A stretch of 64,000 nt of DNA from Candidatus Woesearchaeota archaeon (GTDB lineage Archaea > Nanobdellota > Nanobdellia > Woesearchaeales > ARS49), in assembly GCA_038891615.1 (NCBI GenBank), contig JAWADY010000002.1, positions 32,001 to 96,000 of the forward strand, given 5' to 3'. Below, one piece after another: positions 1 to 8,747 of this stretch; position 1 is the stretch's first letter, and the number at the start of each line of letters is the position of its first letter. Made by a program: the position numbers and the translations under genes. The notes under the pieces were generated by a model. The model was not told the DNA's origin, made no database searches, and was given only the letters and a program-made list of their open reading frames with translations.

Positions 1-31
1 CAACGCAAGCTTAAAGATTTTGGGTGAAAGA

Positions 32-829
32 ATGTTAAGCAAATCTGCAAGTCAAACAAAACTAGCATCCTTTGAAATAGTCGGCACAATAGCAATCGTT
101 GAAATTCCTCGAGGGTTTGGCAAGTATGCAAAGACTATTGCCAAAAGGTTAATGCTCCAAAATCCCCGCATCACCACTGTTGTCAAAAAAATTGGAGGAA
201 GAAGAGGGACCTTTAGACTTCAAAAAGTCAGGATTTTAGCCGGCAGACGCACAACCTTAACAGAGGCAAAAGAGTCGGGCCTTAGAATGCTTGTTGATGT
301 TGCAAAGGTATACTTTAGTCCAAGACTTGCTAACGAGAGGCTGCGGATTGCAAGAGCAGTAAAACCAGGTGAGCATGTTCTTGTAATGTTTTCTGGGGTA
401 GCTCCATATCCCTTAGTCATCGCGCGATACTCCAGAGCAGAACGGGTTTATGGCATTGAAATAAATCCTGTTGCGCATGCGCTTGCTGTTCAAAATGTCG
501 CGCTGAACAAACTTGGACACAAGATTGTGCTCTTTAAAGGAGATGTAAGAAAGATTATCCCACAACTCTGGCGCAAGTTTGATAGAATCGTGATGCCTTT
601 GCCAAAAACAGGCAAAGGCTTTCTCAACCTTGCGCTTTTAGTCGCAAAAAAAGGTGCAACAATTCATTACTATACCTTTGCGCATGAGAATGAACTTTCA
701 GCTGTTGCTGGAGATGTCGAAAAGGTATGTGCTAGCTTGAAAAAGAGGTGTAAGATCTTGCAAATAGTTCGAGCAGGCCAGCATAGTCCAAGAGTTTGGA
801 GGATTTGTGTTGACTTTAAAGTTTATTGA
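32..829 (+). CDS. trm5: tRNA (guanine37-N1) methyltransferase, Trm5/Met-10+ family
   Basis: VYFSPRLANERLRI, MFSGVAPY SAM motif, EINP, FDRIVMPLP; ATG at 32 preceded by GGTGA. Confidence 0.85.
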   Translation: MLSKSASQTKLASFEIVGTIAIVEIPRGFGKYAKTIAKRLMLQNPRITTVVKKIGGRRGTFRLQKVRILAGRRTTLTEAKESGLRMLVDVAKVYFSPRLANERLRIARAVKPGEHVLVMFSGVAPYPLVIARYSRAERVYGIEINPVAHALAVQNVALNKLGHKIVLFKGDVRKIIPQLWRKFDRIVMPLPKTGKGFLNLALLVAKKGATIHYYTFAHENELSAVAGDVEKVCASLKKRCKILQIVRAGQHSPRVWRICVDFKVY

Positions 830-837
830 GCTAAACC

Positions 838-1854
838 TTATGGTAGGAATGTTTGCCCAAGCTCCTCAAGCACTTGTTTATTTTGCTCAAACCACTTTCT
901 TGCCTTTGAGAAAAGTTTTGTAAGAGCGTCCGCAACACCTTTTTTTAGATCAGCTGGATGAAGCTTTTTTTCAACAAAAGCCTGTTCAAGTTCAGCATAA
1001 CTTTCAAACTCAGCCCTTCCACCAAACCTCTCTTGCCTTTCGATTGTTAGCCTTCCAACGATAGGAAAAATGATGTGCCTGCATATCTGGAGGACTGGAT
1101 TGTTTGCAATCTCTCCTGCCGGACAATATGCTGCGCTCAATTTCGCAGCAATCTGCTCTTCGCTATCATAGATTTTTATGTGCGAGGCTGGAATTGATGC
1201 TGACATCTTTGTTCCAGGCCCCTTTAAGGAAAGTACTAGGGGAGTCATTATTTCAACCCTTTTCTTGTAACCAAGCTTTGGAAGCCACTCACGAGCATAA
1301 GCAAAGATGTGTCTTTGGTCAAGCCCTCCTAATTGCATGTCAACTCCCAGATATTCCTCATCAAGGGCTTGCATTATTGGATATATCAGCTCAGAAACCT
1401 TTGGGCTTTTCATCCTCGTAACCTCTGAAGCAGCTCTTTTTGCACGCTCGACGGTGGTTAGTGTTGAGAGCTTAAGCACATCAAGGGAGTATGCCTTTTC
1501 AAGCTGAAAGCTTGAGCCTATGACAAAATTTGGAGTCTCTTGCCAAGGGAGTGCAAGTTCTATGCATTTTTTGTAGTATGCCGTCCTTTTCTCAGTTTCC
1601 TCCCAGGGTGTCTTTAGGTCATCCAGCGCCGCATGAATGTCAGCAAGTAGGATTTTTGTTTTTATTCCAGCTGACATAAAATCAAAAAGTTTCGAAAGAG
1701 GCACAAGATAGCCAATGTGAAAAGGACCTGTTGGCGCTGTTCCATAATACGCAAAAAGCCTTTTCTTTTCTCTTAGAAGGCTTACAAGCTCCTGCTCTGT
1801 CAATATTTCCGCAACATTCCGCTTGATTAGCTCAAGCCTTTTTTCAACATCCAT
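838..1854 (-). CDS. tyrS: Tyrosyl-tRNA synthetase, archaeal type
   Basis: YYGTAPTGPFHIGY (HIGH-like), LADIHA, YPIMQALD, GGLDQR, KMSAS. Confidence 0.93.
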   Translation of the reverse strand: MDVEKRLELIKRNVAEILTEQELVSLLREKKRLFAYYGTAPTGPFHIGYLVPLSKLFDFMSAGIKTKILLADIHAALDDLKTPWEETEKRTAYYKKCIELALPWQETPNFVIGSSFQLEKAYSLDVLKLSTLTTVERAKRAASEVTRMKSPKVSELIYPIMQALDEEYLGVDMQLGGLDQRHIFAYAREWLPKLGYKKRVEIMTPLVLSLKGPGTKMSASIPASHIKIYDSEEQIAAKLSAAYCPAGEIANNPVLQICRHIIFPIVGRLTIERQERFGGRAEFESYAELEQAFVEKKLHPADLKKGVADALTKLFSKARKWFEQNKQVLEELGQTFLP

Positions 1855-1903
1855 TCCCTTAAGCAGCTCTGTGCTTTATTTAAAACTTTTCAGCAATTTT
1901 AGG

Positions 1904-1945
1904 CTGTTAACTTATTGTAGATAATTAGTTTTCTACTTAAAAGAA
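1904..1945 (+). repeat. Left terminal inverted repeat of island
   Basis: CTGTTAACTTATTGTAG (17 nt exact) followed by ATAATTAGTTTTCTACTTAAAAGAA, versus reverse complement of right end GCATTAATCTTCTGCTTAAAAGAA. Confidence 0.8.
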
Positions 1946-2011
1946 GACCTCATTAAAGTCTTAATGGCAATAGTGTTTGTAATAAAAAGGAAGATTTAAT
2001 GTTTAAGGCAG

Positions 2012-2040
2012 CAACATTAAGTTAACAGAACCCTAAAAGG
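2012..2040 (+). repeat. Third, internal copy of the terminal motif (same orientation as right end)
   Basis: CAACATTAAGTTAACAGAACCCTAAAAGG versus 9072-9100 CTACAATAAGTTAACAGAACACCAAAAAG. Confidence 0.65.
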
Positions 2041-2056
2041 TGACTCCGCAGCAATT

Positions 2057-2542
2057 TCACTTAACGCTGGACGCATTTTCAAACTTCCCGTGGCATCTCT
2101 TATATTTCTTACCGCTCCCGCAGGGGCACGGTTGATTTCTCGCAATCCACCAATGGAATTGGGTTATCATCACCAAAAGGGTTGCTTTTCTTATCTTCTG
2201 GGACTGCATCCATATCTACGGTACCTACGACTCTAAATTTAAGTGATGGTTTTTTTCACGAATCAAAGACACCAAACCACCAAATGCATCTTGAGCACTA
2301 GATACTAATTCAACAAATTCATCCATATCCAAAACAACTATGGGGAAGTGGGGGCAAAAATAGCCGCCATCATTTCCAGTTACAAATGGCTTGGCATCTT
2401 TTTTCGTTTTTACAAACAATAAATACGATTTATACTCCTTTTGCAACAATGAGTTACATTTGGGACATCTCTTACTATCTTTTATATCAGATAACCAATA
2501 CATTTCACGAGGTATTGACAATTTATATCTTTCAGTTCTCAT
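2057..2542 (-). pseudogene. SEC-C motif protein broken by two frame changes; probable gene cassette
   Basis: ORF 2542-2225 (CPKC...GGYFCP); another frame continues [35 protein letters not shown]; after a second frame change it reads [19 protein letters not shown] (SEC-C) to a stop at 2057. Confidence 0.75.
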
Positions 2543-2566
2543 TCATATCCCCTTGTTGCGTCTTGC

Positions 2567-2653
2567 GTATAACGTATGCGATTAAGAGAAGTTTTTGCGA
2601 AGCAAAAATTTTGGGAAAATTTGCAGGATTTTCCCTCCTAATCACTGTTAGCG
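2567..2653 (-). other. attC-like integron cassette recombination site (87 bp)
   Basis: Minus strand CGCTAAC...GTTATAC ends, inner arms GTGATTAGGAG / CTCTTAATCGC, two internal hairpins (TTTTTGC-GAA-GCAAAAA; GGGAAAAT..ATTTTCCC); lies just upstream of the 2542 start codon. Confidence 0.7.
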
Positions 2654-2677
2654 TCCTGAATGAAGTGAAAGCCCGTA

Positions 2678-3160
2678 CATCCACCCCATATAGAATTGGA
2701 AAGTCAAAACCTCTTGTGTTAAAGAGTATTATTTCTTTTAATTTTTCTATCTCATCATTAGAATATCCAAATTCTCCACCAAAAATAAGACCTTTTATTT
2801 TTTTAAATATGCCTAATAGTCTTAAATCGGCTAAAAAACCATCTATATTTGATAAAGATCTTCTTTAAAAAAGATTCCCCTTCAGGAGTTTCTAAAAAAA
2901 GAATTTTTCCTGAAAAATCAGGCCAATATTCAGTTCCTTTCGTATGCATAATTGAAGTAATACATCCGCCAATAATTTTTCCCATAGCATTCCCTTCTCT
3001 TAACCACTCATAACCTTTATTTTTTTATATTCTCTTTTTAATTGTAAATCCTCTTTTTTAACCAGTTTGCTTTTTTGCAATCAGTCCATTTTTCTGATGG
3101 TAAAACCTTGCCGATAGGTAAATTAGAACAAATACAATTAATAAATTTTTCATACCAGCA
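2678..3160 (-). pseudogene. Fragmented second S66 (MccF/LD-carboxypeptidase) peptidase
   Basis: Pieces in different frames: LPIGKVLPSEKWTD..., GYEWLREGNAMGKIIGGC..GTEYWPDFSGKILFLETPE, IDGFLADLRLLGIFKKIKGLIFG..FPILYGVDV; N-terminus and catalytic His region absent. Confidence 0.8.
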
Positions 3161-3180
3161 GAAAATTTTCATTTATAAAT

Positions 3181-3936
3181 TCAAGAATAATTTCTACATA
3201 AAACTGCCCATTTTTGATAAGGTTCTTTTAATCCAAAATTTCTAAAAAAGATAATTTTCATATTAACTCTTTTAGCTAAGTTTTTTAGTAATTCTTTGGA
3301 AAAAGTTAAATACAGTGCTTCGCTACCTAATCTCATTTTATTATTTTCATCATAAAATGTAATTTTAAAATATCTTTTTCTATTAATTTTATATGTAGTA
3401 ACGTTAAAAGACCATTTATTTTGTAAATATCTTTTTTGAGATTGGCCGTCTTTGTAAGTTTTTGAATAATCTCGTTCATCAATCCAGCTAAAAATAATGA
3501 TCCCTTTTTCTTTCAGATTTTTTTTAATTTTATTCAAAAATCGTTGCAAAATTTTAATATTTGGAAACGTTTGGATTAAAAAAGTGGAAATGTAGATTAT
3601 ATTAAATTTCTTTTTAAGATTTAACTTTTTAATATCTTTTGAGATAAATTTTGCATTTTTAATTTTTTTATTTCTTGCAATCTTTATTAGTTTTTTTGAT
3701 ATATCAACACCAAATAATGCCTTGAAATCTTTGAGATATAAAAATAGATTTCCTGTACCACATCCTATATCTAATAAAGAAGTTTTATACGGACTGATCT
3801 TACTTTTGTTCAAAAGTTTTTTAATAAATTTTGCTTCTCCTTCATAGTCATTCAAAAAGAAATAAGTAATGTCATAATAATTTTTATCTCCAAAGAATCT
3901 AAATTTTGTTTCTTCAACATTTTTTAGTTTTTTCAT
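3181..3936 (-). CDS. Class I SAM-dependent methyltransferase
   Basis: DYEGEAKFI..LLDIGCGTG..GVDIS. Confidence 0.85.
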   Translation of the reverse strand: MKKLKNVEETKFRFFGDKNYYDITYFFLNDYEGEAKFIKKLLNKSKISPYKTSLLDIGCGTGNLFLYLKDFKALFGVDISKKLIKIARNKKIKNAKFISKDIKKLNLKKKFNIIYISTFLIQTFPNIKILQRFLNKIKKNLKEKGIIIFSWIDERDYSKTYKDGQSQKRYLQNKWSFNVTTYKINRKRYFKITFYDENNKMRLGSEALYLTFSKELLKNLAKRVNMKIIFFRNFGLKEPYQKWAVLCRNYS

Positions 3937-4471
3937 ATTTCTCTTTAAGTAAACTTAGAATAATCTCATCATAAAATTTTCCTCTTAAATAATGATGTTT
4001 AGGATTTATTCCATCTACATTAAACTTAAATTTACTTAAAAGTTTAAGCGATTTTTTATTTTCAGCTATAACTTTTGTAAATATCTTTTTTAGATTTAAT
4101 TCGTTAAATCCAAAGAGTAGTACTCTTTCTACCGCTTCACTCATTATCCCTCTATTCCAATATTTTCTATTCAAAAGATAGGCCAAACCTGCTCTTTGGT
4201 TTATTCTATCTATCTCATATAAACTTATAGTTCCAATCAATTTCTTATTAAAAATTATGCCAAAATCATATGCCTTTCCTTTTTTAAAATTACGAATAGA
4301 TTCTTTTATGTAATCGTTAGCGTTATCAAGGGTATAGGGCCAAGGAATAGATGGAAGCCATTTTATCACTTCTTTAGTAATATTTTTCTTTATGCTTATA
4401 GAGTCTTCTTTTCTTAAGTTCCTAAGAAACAATCTTTTTGTTTTTAATAATATAAGATTATTCCGTTGCAT
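3914..4471 (-). CDS. GNAT N-acetyltransferase, RimJ/RimL family
   Basis: LKTKRLFLR, WPYT, LIGTISL, YWNRGIMSEA, ENKKSLKLL. Confidence 0.9.
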   Translation of the reverse strand: MQRNNLILLKTKRLFLRNLRKEDSISIKKNITKEVIKWLPSIPWPYTLDNANDYIKESIRNFKKGKAYDFGIIFNKKLIGTISLYEIDRINQRAGLAYLLNRKYWNRGIMSEAVERVLLFGFNELNLKKIFTKVIAENKKSLKLLSKFKFNVDGINPKHHYLRGKFYDEIILSLLKEKYEKTKKC

Positions 4472-5465
4472 TTTCCAATATTTCTATAATCTTTTTTTCT
4501 GAATTTATTCTTGTTTTGACCCCTATCGGGAGAGTAATCATTGGCGATGTGTGTCCTATATCTACGTCCATTATAATCGGGATTTTATATTTTTCTCCGA
4601 AATCTTTTAATATATCAAATAATTCTCCTTCAGGAGAATCAATTTTTAGATTGAATGGTCTTCCGTATATTAAACCTTTTATTTTATTGAAGACTCCTAC
4701 TTGTTCTAAATGTACAAGATTTCTTTCAGTAGAAGAAGTTGATTCTCCTTCATCTTCTAAAAATAGTATTGCATTAGAAAAATCAGGAAAAAATTCTGTG
4801 CCAGTCATTGCACAAATAGTATTTAAATTTCCTCCAATTAAGACGCCCTCAGATTCTCCTTCATAAACACATTTAGGAGGGGAGGCTTTCTTCATTTTTC
4901 TTTTTCTATTATCTTCTTTTTCCCACCACAAAATTTCTTCAGTGTATTCGTCTGGGAATTCTAAAATCCCTAAAGGTCTTACTTCAAAAAGGGCTTTTTT
5001 AAACCATTTAATAGTAAATGGATCTGGGCCACCATACTCTCCAAAAGTTGGTAAAATAGTAGGTCCATTAAATGTTATTAAATTTGATTTTTGATATAAA
5101 GCTAGATTTAGCATAGTTATATCGCTAAAACCGCAAAAGATTTTTGGATTTTGTTTTATTAAATCGAAGTCCAAAAAAGGAAGCACAGAATTAGAATTCC
5201 ACCCTCCAGTTGAACATATTATTGCTTTTATCTCATCATCTTTAAAAAAATTCATAATATCTTCTGCTCTTTGTTTTGATGTCCCTCCTGTATGCCTAAA
5301 GGAAGATACTGCATATTTTCCAAGTTTTACTTTTAATCCTAACTTTTCTAAAGCAACAAGACCTCTCTGTAATCTTCTAGGAAAAGGTTTTATTGTAGAA
5401 GATGGACTAACTATCCCAATTGTGTCCCCTTCTTTTAAATGTTTTGGCTTGATTATTTTTACCAT
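4458..5465 (-). CDS. S66 peptidase, MccF (microcin C immunity)-like
   Basis: LKEGDTIGIVSPS, GGWNS, GFSDIT (Ser), LFLEDEGE (Glu), DIGHT (His); EYTEEILWWE aromatic loop. Confidence 0.88.
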   Translation of the reverse strand: MVKIIKPKHLKEGDTIGIVSPSSTIKPFPRRLQRGLVALEKLGLKVKLGKYAVSSFRHTGGTSKQRAEDIMNFFKDDEIKAIICSTGGWNSNSVLPFLDFDLIKQNPKIFCGFSDITMLNLALYQKSNLITFNGPTILPTFGEYGGPDPFTIKWFKKALFEVRPLGILEFPDEYTEEILWWEKEDNRKRKMKKASPPKCVYEGESEGVLIGGNLNTICAMTGTEFFPDFSNAILFLEDEGESTSSTERNLVHLEQVGVFNKIKGLIYGRPFNLKIDSPEGELFDILKDFGEKYKIPIIMDVDIGHTSPMITLPIGVKTRINSEKKIIEILENATE

Positions 5466-6286
5466 CTTTCTTTTGTCAAAAAAAGTTCTATCTCATCTTG
5501 TTTTTTTCTTTTTTGAAAGAGCAATATAGAAAAATTACAATATTGAAGATTTTTGTTAAATAATCTAAAAACTTCAAGAAGTTTTTTTCTAAGAATTTCT
5601 TTTTTATGAAAGTTACGAAGATGATCTTTATTTATAAGATAATTTACATAATCTTTAAGTCGTTTTTTTCTATCTAGATATATAAAATCTCTGTCATAAT
5701 ATAATTCTAAAGAAATATTTAGCTTTAGTGAGACACTTCTAAATAGATTTATCCAAAAATCTTTGTCCCAGATTTCAATCTTTGTTCCAATTACTTTTGA
5801 TATCTTCTCAACCAAAGAAATTGGAGGTTTTTTGGAATAATAGATAGGTATCGCCACTAAAGTTCCTCTTGTTTTCAAAACTCTTAAATATTCTAAAATA
5901 GCTTTCTCTTTATTTTCTAAAAAAGAAGTAACATTGCTACACCATACAATATCAAAACTTTCGTCTTTAAAAGGAAGATTTAAGGCATCGGCCACTTTAA
6001 ACCTAGTTCTTTTTTTAACACCTTGTTCTGATGCATATCTTTTTGCTTCCCTTATTGACTCTTCGTTAATATCAATTCCTACAGCTTTACATCCTGTTAA
6101 CAAAGCAAGATTTACAGACGTAAAACCAGTGTTACATCCAATTTCTAATATTTTTTTAGATTTATCTATATTGGCATATGTTGCAACATAATTAATAGTA
6201 CGTATTCCTCCTGAAGGCCTATTTCTTTCTCTAGTAAGAGCCACTAATTCTGAGTAGGTCATATTATCTATTTCTTTAATATTCAT
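5459..6286 (-). CDS. Class I SAM-dependent methyltransferase
   Basis: ERNRPSGG, ILEIGCNTG, GIDIN, DALNLPFKDESFD, EYLRVLK. Confidence 0.88.
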   Translation of the reverse strand: MNIKEIDNMTYSELVALTRERNRPSGGIRTINYVATYANIDKSKKILEIGCNTGFTSVNLALLTGCKAVGIDINEESIREAKRYASEQGVKKRTRFKVADALNLPFKDESFDIVWCSNVTSFLENKEKAILEYLRVLKTRGTLVAIPIYYSKKPPISLVEKISKVIGTKIEIWDKDFWINLFRSVSLKLNISLELYYDRDFIYLDRKKRLKDYVNYLINKDHLRNFHKKEILRKKLLEVFRLFNKNLQYCNFSILLFQKRKKQDEIELFLTKERW

Positions 6287-7388
6287 TTTTAAGAAGATCA
6301 TCCAAATTTTTATAATAAACATTTTCTCCTTTTTTTATTGTTATTCTTCCGCTCTCAACTTCTTTATCTCCTATAAGATATTTTTCGTTTACACTCCAAA
6401 AATCAGCGAAGTCTAATTTTTCTTTTAATGTTAAATTTTTTCTATCATCCAAATAAATTTTATTATAGTTTTTTCTTAAAATAGTATACACTCTATCTGC
6501 CAATTCTACTTGTTTTTTTTCATTTATCTTAATAGGTATCACTACTTTTTCGAAAGGTTTTATTTTTTCTGGAAGATTAATTCTGCTTCCTAAAAGATTC
6601 GATTTTAAAGATGCTAGTAAAATACGTTGTGTTCCAATTCCATAAGTCCCTACAATGACCTGTTTAAATTCATTAGTTGAAGAGATGTATCTTACATTAA
6701 ATTTTTTAGAATCTAAATAACGATAGGCCATTGCTAAACTTAATCCTACAATCTTTTTTCCATTATATTCAAAAACTTCCCCATTATCATAAGGAAATAT
6801 ATATTCTATCCCATTATTTTTTTCTTTTTTCACAAAAGAAACATTCATCTTTTGGAACAAGCAGTCTAATGTTTCTTCAAAAAGAGCCATGGATTCAATA
6901 AATTCTTTTTCATTTTTGTCTAAAGTTATCATTACTATTCCTCCAAATTGTTTAGTTTTGAGGGTTCCTTCTGGACGTTTTATATTTCTGAAACATTCAC
7001 TTAAAGCAAAATATCTTAATGGTAGCTGATAATGAGATAATATGTCTTTTTCAAATAGTTCTAGTAAATATTCTTCGGATGTTGCAAGAAGAACTTTATT
7101 GTTGAATTCAAATATTTGATCTGAAAAATCTTTATACTTCCCGCTTTTTAATAATAAATCTTTTTTATGGATTAAGGGTATCTGTACTTGATAAAACTCT
7201 TTTTTATTTAAATAATCAATAATTAAGTTATTGATGTTATCTAATAAAATCTTTCCAAAGGGAGAAAAGAAAAGAAATCCTGCATCTATGTAAGAAGCGA
7301 GTCCTAAATTTAAAACTAAATCTTTATCATTAACATGTTCTTGAAATTTTCTAAATTTTTCTTGAAAAATAATTTTTGATAGTCTCAT
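6276..7388 (-). CDS. Divergent bacterial-type prolyl-tRNA synthetase paralog (catalytic + anticodon-binding domains, no editing insert)
   Basis: MRLSK..., AGFLFFSPFG, KSGKY, LATSEE, SHYQLPLRYF..FRNIKRPEG.LKTKQF (degenerate motif 2), GTYGIGTQR (motif 3), LDDR..LKEKL.FAD. Confidence 0.75.
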   Translation of the reverse strand: MRLSKIIFQEKFRKFQEHVNDKDLVLNLGLASYIDAGFLFFSPFGKILLDNINNLIIDYLNKKEFYQVQIPLIHKKDLLLKSGKYKDFSDQIFEFNNKVLLATSEEYLLELFEKDILSHYQLPLRYFALSECFRNIKRPEGTLKTKQFGGIVMITLDKNEKEFIESMALFEETLDCLFQKMNVSFVKKEKNNGIEYIFPYDNGEVFEYNGKKIVGLSLAMAYRYLDSKKFNVRYISSTNEFKQVIVGTYGIGTQRILLASLKSNLLGSRINLPEKIKPFEKVVIPIKINEKKQVELADRVYTILRKNYNKIYLDDRKNLTLKEKLDFADFWSVNEKYLIGDKEVESGRITIKKGENVYYKNLDDLLKNEY

Positions 7389-7390
7389 TT

Positions 7391-8527
7391 TCAAGGCACC
7401 ATTATTTTATCTACCCTTGGAAAATGACAAACACTCCAAATAAAAGGCATTTCTAATAAGCCTTGTAAAAACCTCTCCCATCCAAGTCCAAACCCTGATG
7501 TTTCTTTGTAGTTTTCTAATATTCTTGATTGTAAATAGGGTTCATAATCTTTTTTTGGTAAATTAAAAATTTTTGCTTTTTCTTTTAATTCTTTTATATT
7601 TCTTACTCTATGACCGCTACCAACTATTTCTATATAGCCAGGCCATATGAAATCTGCATTATCTGCTACTAATGGTTGTTTACCATCTACTACTGCATGA
7701 TAAAAAGGAACTTCGAATAGAGGAAACTCTTTAATTATGACCATTGTCTCTAAGATCTCTGTTATTTTGACTTCTTCCCATGCTCCAAAATTTTTTAGAG
7801 TAAATTCTTTATATTTTCTGTTTTTTGTCTCGTTATACAATAAATCCAAACACTCTTTAAAAGTTATTTTAGGAGTTTTTAAAATATTTTTAGCAAATTT
7901 TTTAAGTTCTTCTAACTTACTTTCAGTTAAAAAATAAGAAAGATCTTCTTTATGGCTTTTAAATAAATCAAAAATAATCTTTTTTATTAATTTCAAGACC
8001 ATCTTTTCATTTTCTTCTTGACTAATTTTTCCTTCAAATTCAATATGATGAAATTCTGATAAATGTGTAACATCTGCTCTTTCTTTCCTAAAAGAATTAT
8101 ATATAGAATACGCCTTATTGATATTTTTTTGAAGCAAAGCTAATTCTAAATAAATTTGAGAAGATTCTGATAAAAAAACTTTTTTTGGCAGGTTAAACCA
8201 TTTTAAAGTTATTGGACAAGTATCTTTTATGTAATTAAGTTTATACTTTCCATAAACTGCACATGGTGAAGAAATCATTCTCGTAGTGAGAGGTAAAGTT
8301 ATAAATAATGCTCCTTCTTTATCAAAAAATTCATTAGCAGATTTATTTATAGAATGGTTTATTTTAGATAAATGAAACCACACATCATTATTCTTCAAAG
8401 ACTCAACTCGGTTTTTAATTTCATTCACAGAAACGTCAATTTCAAGAACATCCTTAATAGGCCTAAATATTTTATTTCCCCTATAAGAAATAGTTCCATC
8501 TTTATTGGCATGATAAGGGCCAAGCAT
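7391..8527 (-). CDS. AsnRS/AspRS-like class IIb catalytic-domain-only protein (asparagine synthetase A-like / aaRS paralog)
   Basis: FLSESSQIYLE, SFRKE..HLSEFHHIEFE (motif 2), EIVGSGHR, SGFGLGWERFL (motif 3), FPR; N-terminus too short for the OB-fold anticodon domain. Confidence 0.8.
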   Translation of the reverse strand: MLGPYHANKDGTISYRGNKIFRPIKDVLEIDVSVNEIKNRVESLKNNDVWFHLSKINHSINKSANEFFDKEGALFITLPLTTRMISSPCAVYGKYKLNYIKDTCPITLKWFNLPKKVFLSESSQIYLELALLQKNINKAYSIYNSFRKERADVTHLSEFHHIEFEGKISQEENEKMVLKLIKKIIFDLFKSHKEDLSYFLTESKLEELKKFAKNILKTPKITFKECLDLLYNETKNRKYKEFTLKNFGAWEEVKITEILETMVIIKEFPLFEVPFYHAVVDGKQPLVADNADFIWPGYIEIVGSGHRVRNIKELKEKAKIFNLPKKDYEPYLQSRILENYKETSGFGLGWERFLQGLLEMPFIWSVCHFPRVDKIMVP

Positions 8528-8651
8528 AACATAAATACAAAAAATGGATATTTATAAAAATTGCTCTTTAAAATTCGTAAAATTTTTTAGATTAAGCAAC
8601 CCCTCTCAATCTTGTGGCAGATGGTCGGGGGACAGCCGAATTCTGAATTAC

Positions 8652-8690
8652 GCCTAACAACTATTAAGCGAGATAAATATTCGCTTTATA
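8652..8690 (-). other. Candidate attI-like site (GTTAGGC core) between cargo operon and recombinase remnant
   Basis: Plus-strand GCCTAAC at 8652-8658 = GTTAGGC (GTTRRRY) pointing into the cargo genes; adjacent AAGCGA..TCGCTT inverted repeat. Confidence 0.45.
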
Positions 8691-8747
8691 GTATAGATGA
8701 GGTATAAAAAGCGAGATTTTATGAAGTTAGTTTCCATAATAAACTGG

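Noticed and set aside
2040-2075. Second attC after the SEC-C gene
   Set aside because: A GTTAAGT core exists on the minus strand, but no matching inverse core or paired arms were found
2386-2868. 160-aa plus-strand ORF
   Set aside because: Antisense shadow of the S66 fragments, attC-like site and SEC-C gene; no motifs
3181-8527. Canonical microcin C operon
   Set aside because: No ThiF/MccB adenylyltransferase, no recognisable MccA peptide ending in Asn, and no MFS exporter
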